Below are positions 62,147 to 64,000 of a stretch of DNA of 64,000 bases, one piece after another; the stretch's first letter is position 1; each line of letters starts with the position of its first letter. The stretch lies in NCBI GenBank assembly GCA_000182565.2, contig KQ257468.1, one strand, 5' to 3'. A model generated the notes under the pieces. That model ran no database searches. It was given only the letters and a program-made list of their open reading frames with translations, and was not told the origin of the DNA. The position numbers and the translations under genes were made by a program. The stretch comes from Spizellomyces punctatus DAOM BR117. Its lineage: Eukaryota.

Positions 62147-63915
62147 ATGGGGTTTGGTTTCTTCAAAGCGTCAAAGAGCAAAGCCCAGCCAAAACCACCA
62201 GAGACATCCTCCACGGACTTGCGAAGAAAAAATTCGAGAACGAGCGCTCCTACAAACCCTTCACCAAGGTTTCTTACGAACGCTACGCCACGAGCTCAAA
62301 GCTTTGAAGCAGGGTAATGGCCGCTGGCTAGCATATCAAATGTACTATTTGAAGCTGACTGTCTATGATATAGGCAGTACCGAACGCTTGATCCAAAAGC
62401 GGATGCATTGGATTACACGAGGACAGAGGGCATTTCAAAAGGCTTTCTGGATGATGTCATGTTTGATTTCGATTCGAGGTTGGATTTGAGTGGGAACCCG
62501 GAGACAAAGAAACCAGAGCTTGGAAGCAAGAAAGAAGGTGGGTAAAGAAACCTGGGCTTCGAGCCAAGCAGTTTATCTTCATTATCGAGCGCTTGTTAAT
62601 TTCCCTACCCATAGTAGAACCGCGTTTTAAATATGAGTTGGTGCAGAAGACGATCCCAACATACACATACACACCGAAGGTCTATCGTCTGGGCACAGAT
62701 AGTGCCGAAGATAAGACTGCGAGTCACGTTGACGCGTCCTCATCAACGCCTAAAAAGTCCAGCAAAGATGCAGCTAGAGATGCGGATCTCGTTTCCGGCC
62801 TTGCCGAAGCGTCATTCTTATTTCGCAAAGTCAAATCAAGCAATGAGATAAGGGAGACCCCAAGTCCTAAGGCAGCGTCTAGAGGTGAAACGGAGGCAGT
62901 AAGATTTAACAGACGAGCACGACAGAACCCGGGTAGTCGTCCAGCGGTGGCGGGGTCATTGAACCGGTCGTCGAGCAGAGGACGAGGGCGCAACAGAGCG
63001 CCTACAAAGGGAGTGTCCGGAGAGTCAAGCGGAACCGAATCTGAGGACGACAGTGATCATGTGGCTCTTGCTCCATCTCGCCATCGCTCCACCTCCCGCG
63101 CGAGACCTGTTGTCCAACAGCATTCTGACTCTAATGCAAAGAGCTTGTCTTCGACAAATCTAACCCACTTGGCACAGCCAAAGCTTTCCCCAAGTCGAAT
63201 AAGAGGGAGGTCCGTTGGGCCTTTACCATCACCACCACCATCTCCCTCCGCCGGAAGTGGCCATGAACGTCCCCAGAGCCGTTCGCGATCTCGCTCGAGG
63301 ATGGGACGACAGATAGTTCCATCTACTTCCGATGAGGAGGAGGACTCGGAATCAGACGACGACGTTCCACTAGCTGGTGTTCGAATGCAAGCTATTGAAA
63401 ATCGACAGCATAGGGGACGCCGACGTACAGCTGCGACTCGAGCGCCATCATCGGATTCTCGGAGTCAAGCTGTCGAGTCTGCGGGACGTAGGTCGATAGA
63501 TGTAACACCTGGACGCAGCAGTCGCCGTAATGCGAGCGAGCAAGCCCCGCCGCCTCCCACTGACAACCTCCTGCCATCTTCCTATACCTACTCGCAACAG
63601 CAGGCAATGGCGGCGCTAGCCCAACAGCAACAAATGTGGGTAGCGTACTACCAACAAGCGGCCGTTTATCAACAGGCAGCATACCAGCAGATGCAACAGC
63701 AACAAGTAGGTAATATACCTTCTGCTGCGCCGTACGCTTTCCCAGGTGTCATGGGACAAGGGATGATGCCGTACGGAGTATTACCGTCAGCTGTCCCTTC
63801 TGTTGCGAAGAAACGAAGCAAGAATTTATCCAAGAAGAAGTCTGGAGTGTCGCTGCGTGGTAATGAGGAGAGTGTAGTGGTAGAGGGAGCCGTAAGTGGT
63901 GATTGTGCTGCATAA
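62147..63915 (+). CDS. Hypothetical low-complexity, probably disordered protein (Ser/Arg-rich, acidic tracts, Gln/Tyr-rich C-terminal part)
   Basis: 440-aa ORF 62593-63915 plus two upstream exons beginning MGFGFFKASKSK, joined by plausible GT-AG introns. Contains a DDDVPLA motif. Confidence 0.6.
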
Positions 63916-64000
63916 TCTAAGCAAGGCTTGTATAGAGATGATAGATGTGATTTAGAATTTTTGTGCGAGTGAAGTATACCTTAGAATGTAAATGTTTAAA

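Overview
Gene-dense eukaryotic nuclear DNA with many short (about 50-100 nt) GT-AG introns. It is almost certainly from an early-diverging fungus, most likely a chytrid; this is inferred from intron style and gene content, not from a database match. Nineteen protein-coding genes are recognisable: PDK1/Pkh kinase (partial), PSF1, SMG1, a small ER-luminal CP-repeat protein ending in KDEL, BNA6, a CBS-domain protein, CEM1, UGA2, ecdysoneless, GRS1 with a WHEP domain, a ~3,300-aa Tag1/DUF3712-like repeat membrane protein, a RING1/RNF2 (PRC1) orthologue with a RAWUL-like domain, RPS6, an F-box protein, a carnitine carrier, PCCB, MSP1, PCCA, and a bromodomain-ankyrin protein; a low-complexity protein of unknown function closes the window. 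Non-coding features are an H/ACA snoRNA inside a 330-nt GRS1 intron whose 5' pocket matches LSU rRNA helix 69, a 48-copy (GGAT)n microsatellite, and Homol-D, E-box and Gcn4-like promoter sites. The most interesting items are the KDEL protein built from CPx4-5CPYY repeats (candidate ER heme/metal binder), the fungal PRC1 RING1, the CRC1-PCCB-MSP1-PCCA mitochondrial propionyl-CoA cluster, the giant repeat protein, and the intronic snoRNA. Exon boundaries were read by eye and some are approximate.
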